A stretch of 64,000 nucleotides of DNA. It comes from Alistipes sp. CAG:514 (GTDB lineage: Bacteria; Bacteroidota; Bacteroidia; Bacteroidales; UBA932). Position 1 is the stretch's first letter, and the number at the start of each line of letters is the position of its first letter. Under the pieces are notes generated by a model. That model had not been told where the DNA came from and did no database searches. It was given only the letters and a program-made list of their open reading frames with translations. The DNA lies in assembly GCA_000431015.1 (NCBI GenBank), contig HF986083.1:25356-89355 (forward strand). The letters are read 5' to 3'. The position numbers and the translations under genes were made by a program. Below, one piece after another: positions 40,703 through 50,468 of this stretch.

Positions 40703-41923
40703 TCAGGAACCGCGGCGGAAAAGGAGCGAGCTGTCACCGTAGCTGAGGAAGCGGAAACCATTGGAAAGCGCATAGTCGTAGATGGTCTTCCAGTCTCCGC
40801 CCACAAATGCCGAAATCAACAGAATCAGTGTGCTTTCCGGCTGGTGGAAGTTCGTGACCAGAATGTCCACAAGCCTGAAGCGGAAGCCCGGCACGATGAT
40901 GATCCTGGTGCCGACCTTCAGTTCGTCAAGATCATTCTTCTCCAGATAGGAGATGATGGCTCCGAGCGATTCCCTCACTGAATATTCATAGTCCCGTTCG
41001 TACGGAACCCATTGCCCGACATCCTCGGGTTTTCCTTTCTCGATGCAGCTGACACCGACATAATACAATGACTCAAGCGTTCTTACGGAGGTGGTGCCGA
41101 CCGCTATCAGCTTTGACTTGTTGTCTCTGATACGCTTTAGAAGGTCTAATGAGACCACGAAAGGCTCGCGGTGCATCGGGTGGTCGGCGACATCGGAACT
41201 CTTTACGGGAAGGAATGTGCCGGCTCCGACGTGCAGGCAGACATTCTCACGGTCGATTCCCTTGGCGGAAATGCCGTCAAGCACCCGCTGGGTGAAATGG
41301 AGACCGGCGGTAGGCGCCGCGACAGAGCCCCTGATCCTGGCGTAAAGAGTCTGATAGCGCTCGGTGTCGATGGATTCCGTAGCCCTGTTCAGATAAGGAG
41401 GAATAGGAACGGTTCCGCAAAGCTCCAGAACGCGCGAGAAGGGGTTGCCGTCCCGCCAGGAAAACTCCACTATGCCGGTCTCGCCGTTTCTCTCGACAAG
41501 ATCAGCCTTCAGCCCCATAGCGGCGACAATCTCGTCTGAATCGGGATTGTAAAGAGTCAGGGAATCGTTTTTCCAACGCTTGGCGTTGCCGATCACACAT
41601 TTCCATCTGCAACGCTCCGTCGAGGCGAAAGCGGTGTTGTACTCCGGAGGATCAATCGGCTCAAGGCAGAAGATCTCGATGTGCGCTCCTGTCTCACGCT
41701 GAAAATGAAGCCTGGCCGGCACGACCTTGGTGTCATTGAAGACCATCAAGGCTCCTTCCGGAAGCAATTCCGGAATATTCCTGAAGACATATTCATCGAC
41801 CTTGCCGTCCTCATAGCGGAGCAGTTTGGATGCGTCGCGCTCGGCGAGGGGATATTTCGCGATGCGCTCGTCGGGAAGATTGTAATTATAGTCCTCAATA
41901 TGTATTGAAGGTATCATCGTCAT
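40703..41923 (-). CDS. queA: S-adenosylmethionine:tRNA ribosyltransferase-isomerase QueA
   Basis: N-terminus IEDYNYNLPDERIAKYPLAERDASKLL and full-length QueA pattern; 406 aa. Confidence 0.93.
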   Translation of the reverse strand: MTMIPSIHIEDYNYNLPDERIAKYPLAERDASKLLRYEDGKVDEYVFRNIPELLPEGALMVFNDTKVVPARLHFQRETGAHIEIFCLEPIDPPEYNTAFASTERCRWKCVIGNAKRWKNDSLTLYNPDSDEIVAAMGLKADLVERNGETGIVEFSWRDGNPFSRVLELCGTVPIPPYLNRATESIDTERYQTLYARIRGSVAAPTAGLHFTQRVLDGISAKGIDRENVCLHVGAGTFLPVKSSDVADHPMHREPFVVSLDLLKRIRDNKSKLIAVGTTSVRTLESLYYVGVSCIEKGKPEDVGQWVPYERDYEYSVRESLGAIISYLEKNDLDELKVGTRIIIVPGFRFRLVDILVTNFHQPESTLILLISAFVGGDWKTIYDYALSNGFRFLSYGDSSLLFRRGS

Positions 41924-41941
41924 GAGAGTTTAAAATCCGCA

Positions 41942-41949
41942 CAAAGTTA
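41942..41949 (-). promoter_or_regulatory. -7 box TAACTTTG upstream of queA
   Basis: Exact TAnnTTTG match 19 nt upstream of the ATG. Confidence 0.3.
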
Positions 41950-42370
41950 ACTTAAGTAATAGAAATATCAAATTCTCATCATTGCCACCGACAGCGGGAC
42001 TTTTCTATAATTGTGTAAATATTATTAAAATGTTTAGTTGGAAATTTGGGTTTACAATCGTAAATATTATAATAACATTTGATTACAAAACTTAAATACG
42101 AACAAAGTTAAGAATCGTATAATAATTAATTCTGATTAAAAGGAACTTATATATCTAAACTATTGATTATCAGAGAATATTATCTATTTACCTACATAAG
42201 TGGATAACTTCTTTCGTGTTAATTAGCCGGATAGCACGGGAATGAGGGTAAAATTAAGCTGTTATCTATAATGAATATCATTAATAATAAGAATCTTATA
42301 CAAATCTATCTAAATTCTATTCTAAACAAGTTAGCCTTATTCTTTTTATTTTGTTTACTTTTGTAACTTT

Positions 42371-42385
42371 ACAAATGTTATTTGT
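42371..42385. promoter_or_regulatory. Palindromic candidate operator ACAAAT-gtt-ATTTGT (site 1) upstream of the HTH regulator gene
   Basis: Perfect 6-bp half-sites. Adjacent overlapping palindrome TTGTAA-ct-TTACAA at 42361..42374. Confidence 0.45.
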
Positions 42386-42414
42386 ATTTACACTATTTAA
42401 TGTTAACTTTGTAA

Positions 42415-42429
42415 ACAAATCACATTTGT
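42415..42429. promoter_or_regulatory. Palindromic candidate operator ACAAAT-cac-ATTTGT (site 2), ending 2 nt before the HTH gene ATG
   Basis: Same half-sites as site 1, 44 bp downstream. Overlaps the TTTGTAAACAAA palindrome and the -7 box TAACTTTG (42404..42411). Confidence 0.45.
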
Positions 42430-42430
42430 A

Positions 42431-42880
42431 ATGAACAAGAGATTGCAGCAGTTCCTTTCGGCGGAGAACATCACACAGTCGCAGTTCGCGGACAGGATCG
42501 GTGTGACCAAGGCGAGTGTCTCACACATCCTTTCCGGTAGAAACAAACCGGGGTTCGATTTTATAGAGAATATGGCAGCCTGCTATCCGAATCTGAACCT
42601 TGACTGGCTGATCGGAGGCAAGGGCCGAATGTACAAGGGGACAGAGCCGGCGGTGGCGGCTCCGCAAGTCCCTGAGAATCGCCAATCCCCTGCCTATGAC
42701 CAGGACAGCGGTCTTTTATTCGATTCCCACGAGCCTGATTTGTTCCCAAAAGAGACGGAAGTCTCTGAGAATAAGGGGGTGACGACTCCAGTCTCCCCTG
42801 CCGAACCTAAAGACAATCCGCCAAGGATCACCAAAATTCTGGTGTTTTACGACAACGGGACGTTCAAGGAGATTGAATAG
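42431..42880 (+). CDS. XRE-family helix-turn-helix transcriptional regulator
   Basis: N-terminal Cro/C1-type HTH (LSAENITQSQFADRIGVTKASVSHILSGRNKP), Pro/Glu-rich linker, short C-terminal beta-rich tail. Confidence 0.8.
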   Translation: MNKRLQQFLSAENITQSQFADRIGVTKASVSHILSGRNKPGFDFIENMAACYPNLNLDWLIGGKGRMYKGTEPAVAAPQVPENRQSPAYDQDSGLLFDSHEPDLFPKETEVSENKGVTTPVSPAEPKDNPPRITKILVFYDNGTFKEIE

Positions 42881-42936
42881 TTCGTCGGCGGGAAAATGTT
42901 TGGAGAAAAAGTCTTCGGCGTTCTGTTGAAATTGTC

Positions 42937-42944
42937 TAAATTTG
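42937..42944 (+). promoter_or_regulatory. -7 box TAAATTTG upstream of pyrD
   Basis: Exact TAnnTTTG match 25 nt upstream of ATG 42969, which supports that start. Confidence 0.4.
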
Positions 42945-42968
42945 TGTTCGATTAATCAAAAGCGCAAA

Positions 42969-44015
42969 ATGTACAGACAACTCATCAGACCGATTTTGTT
43001 CAAGTTCCCGCCGGAGACCGCACACAACCTGACATTCAAAGGACTGGATCTCCTTCGCCGGATTCCGTTCGCCGGAAAGCTGATGAAACTTATCTACAGG
43101 CATAAGACACCTTCCCTGTCAAGAAACCTCTTCGGGATAGACTTCCCTTCTCCTGTAGGCCTTGCCGCCGGTCTGGACAAGAACGGTGAGCATTACAATG
43201 AGCTGTCGTGGTTCGGATTCTCGTTCATCGAGATCGGCTCCCTCACTCCGGAAGCCCAGCCAGGCAATCCCAAGCCGAGACTGTTCAGGCTCCCGCAGGA
43301 CAACGCCATCATCAACAGGATGGGTATCAACAACAAAGGAGTCCACAACGCGATCGAGCATATTCAAAAAGACCCTCCCAAGACCATCATCGCCGCCAGC
43401 ATAGCGAAGAACAGCGTGAGCGCCTCCGACGAGGATATCATCGCGGACTACAAGAAAGCCTTCTCCTACATGTATGACTTCGTGGACTTGTTCACAATCA
43501 ATGTCTCCTGTCCTAATGTGCAGGGGCTGCAGAACCTTCAGGATGTTTCCTATCTATCTGATATTCTCGACCCTTTGCTTGATTTGAGAGTCTGCTACGA
43601 CGAGTACAGGCCGATTCTGGTCAAGGTCTCCCCCGACATACCGTTCGAGGAACTGGACGAGATTCTCAAGTACTGCCTCCAGTCAGGTATCGACGGCATT
43701 GTGGCCGGTAACACGACCAGATCACGGGAAGGACTTAGGACAAGCAAGGAAAAAGTGGACAAGATCGGCAACGGAGGGCTTTCCGGAGCGCCTTTGTTCA
43801 AGAAAAGCCTCGCCACGGTCAAGCATATTCATGAATTCACATCCGGCAGGCTTCCGATCGTCGGCGTGGGCGGCATAATGACCCCCGGGCAGGCGAAGGA
43901 GATGCTCGACGCGGGAGCGAGCCTGATAGAGATCTACACGGGATTCATCTACGAGGGGCCGTCAATTGTAAAGAAAATCAACAAGTACCTGGAAGCCACA
44001 AGTTTGGCTAAGTAA
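42969..44015 (+). CDS. pyrD: Dihydroorotate dehydrogenase (quinone), class 2
   Basis: MYRQLIRPILFKFPPETAHNLTF N-terminus, FMN-binding TIM barrel. The ORF-track start 42942 is a TTG extension; the ATG is at 42969. Confidence 0.9.
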   Translation: MYRQLIRPILFKFPPETAHNLTFKGLDLLRRIPFAGKLMKLIYRHKTPSLSRNLFGIDFPSPVGLAAGLDKNGEHYNELSWFGFSFIEIGSLTPEAQPGNPKPRLFRLPQDNAIINRMGINNKGVHNAIEHIQKDPPKTIIAASIAKNSVSASDEDIIADYKKAFSYMYDFVDLFTINVSCPNVQGLQNLQDVSYLSDILDPLLDLRVCYDEYRPILVKVSPDIPFEELDEILKYCLQSGIDGIVAGNTTRSREGLRTSKEKVDKIGNGGLSGAPLFKKSLATVKHIHEFTSGRLPIVGVGGIMTPGQAKEMLDAGASLIEIYTGFIYEGPSIVKKINKYLEATSLAK

Positions 44016-44027
44016 TTCTGAATCATC

Positions 44028-45299
44028 ATGACACAAGCGTCAATCTGCACTATCGGCGACGAGATTCTGATCGGCCAGATAGTTGACACCAATTCATCGC
44101 ACATCTCCTCCGCCCTTGAGGACATAGGAGTCAAGGTCACACGGATGCTCTCGATCGGAGACGCCCGCGACGAGATCGTTAACAACCTGACAAACGAACT
44201 GAGCGCCAATCAGATAGTCATCACTACCGGAGGCCTCGGACCGACCAAGGATGACATCACGAAGGCAGCCCTCGCCGAGATCTCCGGGAGCAAGGGCTAC
44301 GTGGTGAACGAGGCTCAGCTCAAGATCGTCCACGAGATCCTTCACGCGCGGGGACTCGATGTACTGGACATCAACAAGGCCCAGGCCCTTGTTCCCGACA
44401 CTTGCGAAGTAATTGTCAATCACCTCGGTACAGCACCCATCATGGTGTTCCGCTTCCCTGCCTCGCGCTTCGGCCACGCAGCCACCCTCTATGCGCTCCC
44501 CGGAGTCCCGTTCGAGGCTGTAGGCGCGATTCCGGACATCATCAAAGACATAAGGACGCACGAAAGCCTCTCCGACATATTCCATAAATGCGTGATGGTC
44601 TTCGGCTTGGCCGAATCCGCCCTGTCGAAGGTAATAGAGTCATGGGAGGACAGTCTGCCGGAGGACATGCATCTTGCGTACCTTCCGAACCCGCTGACCG
44701 GCGTCCGCCTGAGGCTCTCCATCTACGGTGGCCGCAAGGAGGATGAGGAAAAGCGCATAGACGCGGAATTCGCACGGCTGAGACCGCTTCTTGGAGAGAA
44801 GATATATTCATACAAGGACGACACGCTGGAAAGCGCCATAGGGGCGATTTTCCGAGGCTCCGGGAAGACACTCAGCGCGGCTGAATCCTGCACGGGCGGC
44901 AAGATCTCCTCGCTGATCACCTCTGTGCCAGGCTCATCAGAGTACTACCTCGGCTCAGTGACATCATACGCCATCCCGGTCAAGGAGAAAGTGCTCGGGG
45001 TACCAGGATCCACGATCAATGAACACGGTGTCGTCAGTTCCGAAGTCGCGGCAGCGATGGCCGAAAGGGTCAGGAAACTGACCGGAAGCGACTACGCCGT
45101 CTCCACCACCGGACTTGCCGGGCCGGGCGGCGACAAGAGCAACCCTGTCGGCACAGTCTGGATCGGAGTCGCCGGACCTAACGGGACCAGGACGGTGAAA
45201 AAGGTCTACAAGAATGACCGAAATAGGAACATCGAGAGATTTGCGGCAGCCGCACTCGATGAATTACGGCTCTTAGTTCTCGAAGACCTATCTAAATAA
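44028..45299 (+). CDS. cinA: CinA family protein (MoCF-binding domain plus NMN deamidase PncC-like domain)
   Basis: N-terminus ICTIGDEILIGQIVDTNS and C-terminal CinA domain; 423 aa. Confidence 0.9.
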   Translation: MTQASICTIGDEILIGQIVDTNSSHISSALEDIGVKVTRMLSIGDARDEIVNNLTNELSANQIVITTGGLGPTKDDITKAALAEISGSKGYVVNEAQLKIVHEILHARGLDVLDINKAQALVPDTCEVIVNHLGTAPIMVFRFPASRFGHAATLYALPGVPFEAVGAIPDIIKDIRTHESLSDIFHKCVMVFGLAESALSKVIESWEDSLPEDMHLAYLPNPLTGVRLRLSIYGGRKEDEEKRIDAEFARLRPLLGEKIYSYKDDTLESAIGAIFRGSGKTLSAAESCTGGKISSLITSVPGSSEYYLGSVTSYAIPVKEKVLGVPGSTINEHGVVSSEVAAAMAERVRKLTGSDYAVSTTGLAGPGGDKSNPVGTVWIGVAGPNGTRTVKKVYKNDRNRNIERFAAAALDELRLLVLEDLSK

Positions 45300-45302
45300 C
45301 AA

Positions 45303-45357
45303 TCAACACTTGTAACAAAATAGTTTGGCACATAAACATTTTTGTTACAAGTGTTGA
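45303..45357. terminator. Perfect 18-bp stem / 19-nt loop hairpin between convergent cinA and dipeptidase genes (candidate bidirectional terminator)
   Basis: TCAACACTTGTAACAAAA-[tagtttggcacataaacat]-TTTTGTTACAAGTGTTGA; centred in the 74-bp convergent intergenic gap. Confidence 0.55.
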
Positions 45358-45373
45358 CTGTAGTCAATAAAAC

Positions 45374-46456
45374 CTATCTTAAGGACTTGGAAATCACCTC
45401 ATTGAAGACCCGGAGGAAATTCCCGCCCGCGATTTTCCCTATCTGATCATCGGTGTAGCCTCTTCTCGCCATTTCATCGAAGATCACCCGTATCTTAGAC
45501 ACGTCCTCAAGGCCCTGGGGAGTCACTTCTATGCCATCGAAATCAGATCCGAGGCCGACATGGTCGATGCCGGCGACCTTCACCGCATGGTCGATGTGAT
45601 CGACGACATCCCTGTATGAAGGCCGCGGCAAAGCAGCCAGCTCATCCTGAACGGCGTTCCAGGCCGCAGCTTTCTCCGGATTAAGCGGGTCGCTTATCCA
45701 GTCCTGCTCGGTCCAGCTTTTGGACTCAAGGCCGGAATCAGCCAGGATCTTCGCGAAAGAATCCGACAGAAAGAGGGGATAGAAATTGATCTGTATCACT
45801 CCGCCGTTGTCCGCCAACGACTTAAGCATCTCGTCCGAGAGATTGCGGCGATGATGCGCCAAGGCTCTGCAACAGGAATGCGTGGAGACAATCGGTGATT
45901 TTGAGCATCGCAGCACATCGTAGAATGTCTCGTCGGAGGCATGGGCGATGTCTATGATCATTCCGAGGCGGTTCATCTCGGCGACCACCTCCCTCCCGAA
46001 CGGACTGAGACCGTGCCAGCGTGTGCCTTGCGCTGCCGAGTCAGCAATCTCATTGTCGGCATTGTGCGTGAGCGTCAAATACCTTACTCCCAGACGATGG
46101 AACACCCTAAGAAGCGGGAGCGACCTCTGGATGGGCGCACCGTTCTCCATGCCTATGAATATGGAGATCAAGCCTTTGTCCTTGTTCTCAAGCGCCTCTT
46201 CCGGACTCGTGGCGATCGCCGCAAGATCAGGGTTCGCTCCTACTTGATCATAGATGGCGCCGATCATCTCCAGCGCATGTCTTGTGGAGGCATCCGGAGC
46301 CAGATCAGGAGAGGTGTACAAGGCGAAAAAGGAGGCATCGACCCCGCCGGCCTTAAGCTTCGGCAGATCGACATGCCCCCTGCTGTTGTTCTTTCCGATG
46401 TCACGCCCGCGCATCATCATCGTGGGCGTGTCGCAATGAGAGTCAAGGACGAACAT
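45374..46456 (-). CDS. Membrane dipeptidase (peptidase family M19)
   Basis: M19 renal-dipeptidase-like pattern including the DSHCD start, DxAHxS and HxxH metal ligands. Confidence 0.85.
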   Translation of the reverse strand: MFVLDSHCDTPTMMMRGRDIGKNNSRGHVDLPKLKAGGVDASFFALYTSPDLAPDASTRHALEMIGAIYDQVGANPDLAAIATSPEEALENKDKGLISIFIGMENGAPIQRSLPLLRVFHRLGVRYLTLTHNADNEIADSAAQGTRWHGLSPFGREVVAEMNRLGMIIDIAHASDETFYDVLRCSKSPIVSTHSCCRALAHHRRNLSDEMLKSLADNGGVIQINFYPLFLSDSFAKILADSGLESKSWTEQDWISDPLNPEKAAAWNAVQDELAALPRPSYRDVVDHIDHAVKVAGIDHVGLGSDFDGIEVTPQGLEDVSKIRVIFDEMARRGYTDDQIGKIAGGNFLRVFNEVISKSLR

Positions 46457-47364
46457 TATATTCGTGTCACTGAAGCGTTCTGGATCTTCACGATCTTGAT
46501 CTTAGGATCTCCTGAGTAGCAGACACTCGCGCCTTTGCCGAGATCCAATGAGAGATTCATGCCTGGAGTGACGGTAAGCTCGGCCCCATCCAATGAGACA
46601 GCCACATCGTCAACAGACACGGAGACTGCGTCAATCTTTGAGGAGCCGCCCTTACCAGTGACATTCAATGTGTTGGCCTTGCCGGAAAGGGATAGTTTGG
46701 CGCTGCCGGCCGTACTGACGGAGGCGGTCTCCGCCTGACCGTTGATGGCAAGCTCGGCGGAACCCGAATTGTTGACCTCAAGTGTCTTGGCGGAATATTC
46801 CAGAACAACGCTCGCGTTTCCTTCTGCATTGACAGTGACTTTGTCCTCCGCCTTGACATTGACGGACGACAGTTTCGCCTTCTTGCTGACAGTAATCACG
46901 GCGGATTCAGCGACATGGATGTTAAGATTCGAGACGCTCGATGTGCCGGAAAGCTCCAGCGTGAACTTCGGAGCATTGATGTCCTTATCGCAGGAGAACG
47001 TGCAGTTATCGCTCAACGTAACAGCCTTAAGTGACGGGACATAAACCGTAGCTTCAAGTACCGGATCATCACTGTTCTTTCCCTTGAACGACTTTTTCAC
47101 CTCCTTCGGAATTGATTTGTCATCAACACCGATGTAAAGTGTGCCAGCCTTGACGTAGCATTGAACATAACTCTCAAAGGCATCGTTGACCTTGAATTTG
47201 GCGCTGTAGCCATCACTCTCGACAAATGACACCTTAAATCCGTCCGACACCGAGATGGCGTCGAATTCTGAATATTCATGCTCTATTGTTCTGGTCTGCG
47301 CCATTGAAAGCATCGACATTGAAGCGACGGCAAAGGTAGCCGCAAGCAAAGACTTGATGTTCAT
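46456..47364 (-). CDS. DUF2807/GIN-domain protein (putative adhesin head domain), secreted
   Basis: Signal peptide; repetitive beta-solenoid-like segments (SGSAKLS, NVTGKGGSSKID, SVSVDDVAVSL). Confidence 0.55.
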   Translation of the reverse strand: MNIKSLLAATFAVASMSMLSMAQTRTIEHEYSEFDAISVSDGFKVSFVESDGYSAKFKVNDAFESYVQCYVKAGTLYIGVDDKSIPKEVKKSFKGKNSDDPVLEATVYVPSLKAVTLSDNCTFSCDKDINAPKFTLELSGTSSVSNLNIHVAESAVITVSKKAKLSSVNVKAEDKVTVNAEGNASVVLEYSAKTLEVNNSGSAELAINGQAETASVSTAGSAKLSLSGKANTLNVTGKGGSSKIDAVSVSVDDVAVSLDGAELTVTPGMNLSLDLGKGASVCYSGDPKIKIVKIQNASVTRI

Positions 47365-47383
47365 AACACTAACTATTTAAAGA

Positions 47384-49351
47384 TTATTCTTCCAATTTTT
47401 CGATCAAGGACTCCCATTCGGCAGTCTTGTGGTCGAGTTCGCGCTTGTCCTCAAGGTAGGTTCTCGTAAGTTCCATGATGTCGTCATCAGGCCCGGGGTT
47501 GGAGAGGATCTTCTCGATGTCCTTCATCCTGGCTTCCACCTTGCCTATCTCCGTTTCCAGAAACTCAACCCTGTGGCGGATCCTCCGGATTTCCTTGGAA
47601 TCATTGCGCCGTTGCTCGAATTCCTTCTGCGCCTGCTCCTTCTGGACTGCCGCCTCCCCTTTTGAGCGATCATCGGCAGATCCGCCCTTGACGCAAGAAT
47701 CCTTAGACGGCGCAAAACGCCTCTCAAGCTCCTGAAGGTTCTCTATCTTCCTCTCTTCCAGGAACTCATGGACACTCCCAAGATGCTCCTTCACGCGTCC
47801 GTCGCGGAACTCGTACATCTTGTCAACCAATCCCTCAAGGAAGTCACGGTCATGGGAGACAACAATAAGAGTGCCATCATAGGACTTCAGGGCTTGTTTG
47901 AGAATATCCTTGGACTTTATGTCCATGTGGTTGGTCGGCTCGTCAAGCGCCAGCACATTGTACGGCTGGAGCATGAACTTCGCCATGCCAAGACGCGCGC
48001 GCTCGCCTCCGGAAAGCACGCTGACCTTCTTGTCGATGTCCTCACCCCGGAAAAGGAACTGGGCAAGGATGTCACGGAGCTTGTTCCGTACATCCCCTAC
48101 AGCGATGTTGTCGAGGGTCTCCCAGACCGTCAGATTGCGGTCAAGGATGTCCTCCTGATTCTGGGCGTAATAGCCTATGGAGACATTGTGGCCAATCCTG
48201 GCCTCGCCGCTGATCGGCTGCAACTGTCCCATTATCACCCGCATGAGTGTTGTCTTACCCTCGCCGTTCCGGCCTATCAGCGCAACCTTCTCTCCCCTTC
48301 TGACCTCAATCCCGGCTTTTCTGAAAACCACCTTTCCAGGATAGCCCACAGTAAGATCCTTTCCTTGGAAAACAATGTCGCCCGAACGAGGGGCGGGCGG
48401 GAACTTGACAGTCAGCGTCACGTTGTCGGTCTCGTCAATCTCCACTCTCTCAAGCTTTTCCAACTGCTTGATCCTGGACTGGACCTGATTCGACTTCGTC
48501 GGTTTGTAGCGGAAGCGGTTGATGAAATCCTCCGTCTTCTCAATCATCTTCTGCTGATTCTCGTAGGCGGCGGTCTGCTGGGCAAGTCTTTCCTGACGCA
48601 ATTCCAGGTACTTGGTATAAGGAACCTTATAGTCATGAATATGCCCGAGCATGATCTCCACCGTGCGGTTGGTCACGGTGTCGAGAAACCTTCTGTCATG
48701 GGAAACCAGAAGAAGGGAACCCCGGTGACTTTTCAGATAGTCTTCAAGCCACTCGATAGATTCAATGTCAAGATGGTTGGTCGGCTCGTCAAGAAGCAGG
48801 ACATCAGGCTCCGACAACAGAATCTTGGCCAGTTCGATGCGCATGTTCCATCCCTGGCTGAACGTCTCGGTCTTCCTGCCGAAATCCTCGTCCTTGAAGC
48901 CGAGACCGAGCAGCGTCTTATGGGCCAGAACCTCGGGAGGCTCTGACTGGCTTATGGCCATCGCATCCGTCAAGTCATTGAGGCGATTGATGAGCGAAAG
49001 ATATTCATCCGACTCATAGTCAGTCCTTTGCGCAAGCTGCAAATTGATGTTGTCAAACTCGGACTGCATCTGGGAGATCTGGTCAAAGGCCGTCAGTGTC
49101 TCTTCAAGCACCGTCCTACCCTTGTGATGCTCCATGATCTGGGGAAGATAGCCGATGCGAAGATCGTTCGGCTTGTCTATGCTTCCGGAAGTCGGGGACT
49201 GAAGCCCGCAGATGAGCTTCATTATGGTTGACTTGCCGGAACCGTTTTTGCCGACAAGACCTATCTTGTCCTTCTCACTGATGTGAAAGTCAATGCTGTC
49301 GAGCAACGTGTAGCCTCCGTAGGCCACTGTCAATCCGTTTATGGAGATCAT
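47384..49351 (-). CDS. ABC-F family ATPase (two ABC cassettes, C-terminal coiled coil)
   Basis: Two Walker A motifs (GKNGSGKST, GRNGEGKTT), two LSGG signatures, no TM domain; 655 aa. Confidence 0.9.
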   Translation of the reverse strand: MISINGLTVAYGGYTLLDSIDFHISEKDKIGLVGKNGSGKSTIMKLICGLQSPTSGSIDKPNDLRIGYLPQIMEHHKGRTVLEETLTAFDQISQMQSEFDNINLQLAQRTDYESDEYLSLINRLNDLTDAMAISQSEPPEVLAHKTLLGLGFKDEDFGRKTETFSQGWNMRIELAKILLSEPDVLLLDEPTNHLDIESIEWLEDYLKSHRGSLLLVSHDRRFLDTVTNRTVEIMLGHIHDYKVPYTKYLELRQERLAQQTAAYENQQKMIEKTEDFINRFRYKPTKSNQVQSRIKQLEKLERVEIDETDNVTLTVKFPPAPRSGDIVFQGKDLTVGYPGKVVFRKAGIEVRRGEKVALIGRNGEGKTTLMRVIMGQLQPISGEARIGHNVSIGYYAQNQEDILDRNLTVWETLDNIAVGDVRNKLRDILAQFLFRGEDIDKKVSVLSGGERARLGMAKFMLQPYNVLALDEPTNHMDIKSKDILKQALKSYDGTLIVVSHDRDFLEGLVDKMYEFRDGRVKEHLGSVHEFLEERKIENLQELERRFAPSKDSCVKGGSADDRSKGEAAVQKEQAQKEFEQRRNDSKEIRRIRHRVEFLETEIGKVEARMKDIEKILSNPGPDDDIMELTRTYLEDKRELDHKTAEWESLIEKLEE

Positions 49352-50142
49352 TCCTTCCCCTCCTCTATAATCTCGTTTTCGTTTCCCTCCCGATCAGACG
49401 CCGGCTTGCAGCACCACACGCAGACCTCGTACAGAAGTACGAGAGGAGCCGCGGCGATCAACATCGAAAGCGGGTCGGCAGGAGTGATTATGGCGGCTAT
49501 GCACAGAATCACCACCAGCGCATGACGGCGGTACTTCACCAAGGTGTCCCGTGTGACAATTCCCAGCTTGGACAGGATCACGACGACGATAGGAAACTCG
49601 AAAACTATTCCGAAAGCCAGGACTGTCGATGTGAACATCGAGATGTAGGAATTCAGCGAGATCGTGTTCACCACCTCCGGGCTGATCTTGTAGCCCATGA
49701 AGAAATTCAGCGAGATCGGCACGATCAGGTAGTAACCGATCACAAGCCCAAGGTAGAAGAGGAAGGAAGCCGCCAGAAACGAGCCTCTTATGGTCTTCTT
49801 CTCATTCTTGTACAAGGCCGGGGCTATGAATTTCCAGATCTCGAAGCACACATAGGGAAAAGACAGGATAAAACCCAGTTCGAAAGCCACCTTGAGGTGG
49901 ACGAAGAACTGGGCGGAAATGTCCAGATTGACAAGCGACATCTGCATGTCGCCCATCCGCAACCATCTGTAGATGAAGAAGTCGCTGTGCGTCGGCGCCA
50001 GGATGATGCCGTCAAAGACCAAGGACTTGAAGCAGAACACCACGACACTGACAAGCGTAACAACCAGCACCGAACGGAACAACGTTCCCCTCAGTACTTC
50101 CAGATGGTCCCAGAAGGACATCTCAGCGTCTCCTGCCGCCAT
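49348..50142 (-). CDS. tatC: Twin-arginine translocase subunit TatC
   Basis: SFWDHLEVLR N-terminus and 6 TM segments; ATGA overlap with the ABC-F gene. Confidence 0.92.
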   Translation of the reverse strand: MAAGDAEMSFWDHLEVLRGTLFRSVLVVTLVSVVVFCFKSLVFDGIILAPTHSDFFIYRWLRMGDMQMSLVNLDISAQFFVHLKVAFELGFILSFPYVCFEIWKFIAPALYKNEKKTIRGSFLAASFLFYLGLVIGYYLIVPISLNFFMGYKISPEVVNTISLNSYISMFTSTVLAFGIVFEFPIVVVILSKLGIVTRDTLVKYRRHALVVILCIAAIITPADPLSMLIAAAPLVLLYEVCVWCCKPASDREGNENEIIEEGKE

Positions 50143-50381
50143 TATTTCTTGTCGATCTTCTCGATCTTGTCCGGAGTCTTCGCCGTGGAGTTGAGATCCT
50201 TGTCGATGTCAGAGATCTGGCTCTCAACCTCATTCATACCATCCTTGAAGCTCTTCACACCTTTTCCAAGGCCTTTCATGAGCTCAGGAATCTTCTTGCC
50301 TCCGAAAAGAAGAACAATCACAAGGGCAATGATCACAATCTGCCAAGGGCCTACAACGCCCAGAGGAACAATAAAAAACAT
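50142..50381 (-). CDS. tatA: Twin-arginine translocase subunit TatA/E
   Basis: TM helix followed by the amphipathic helix [24 protein letters not shown]. The ORF-track start (50390) is TTG; the ATG three codons downstream is preferred. The start is uncertain by 9 nt. Confidence 0.85.
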   Translation of the reverse strand: MFFIVPLGVVGPWQIVIIALVIVLLFGGKKIPELMKGLGKGVKSFKDGMNEVESQISDIDKDLNSTAKTPDKIEKIDKK

Positions 50382-50468
50382 ATTCTTCAAAAATTAAGGA
50401 ATCAGCTTTGTCTGTCCGAGGATTATTTCACCTCAAGGAACAATTCAAAGATTAAAAGTTTATCCAAA

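Noticed and set aside
42942-42968. TTG start for pyrD at 42942
   Set aside because: The TTG lies inside the -7 promoter box (42937..42944). The ATG at 42969 yields the conserved MYRQLIRPILF N-terminus with a 25-nt leader.
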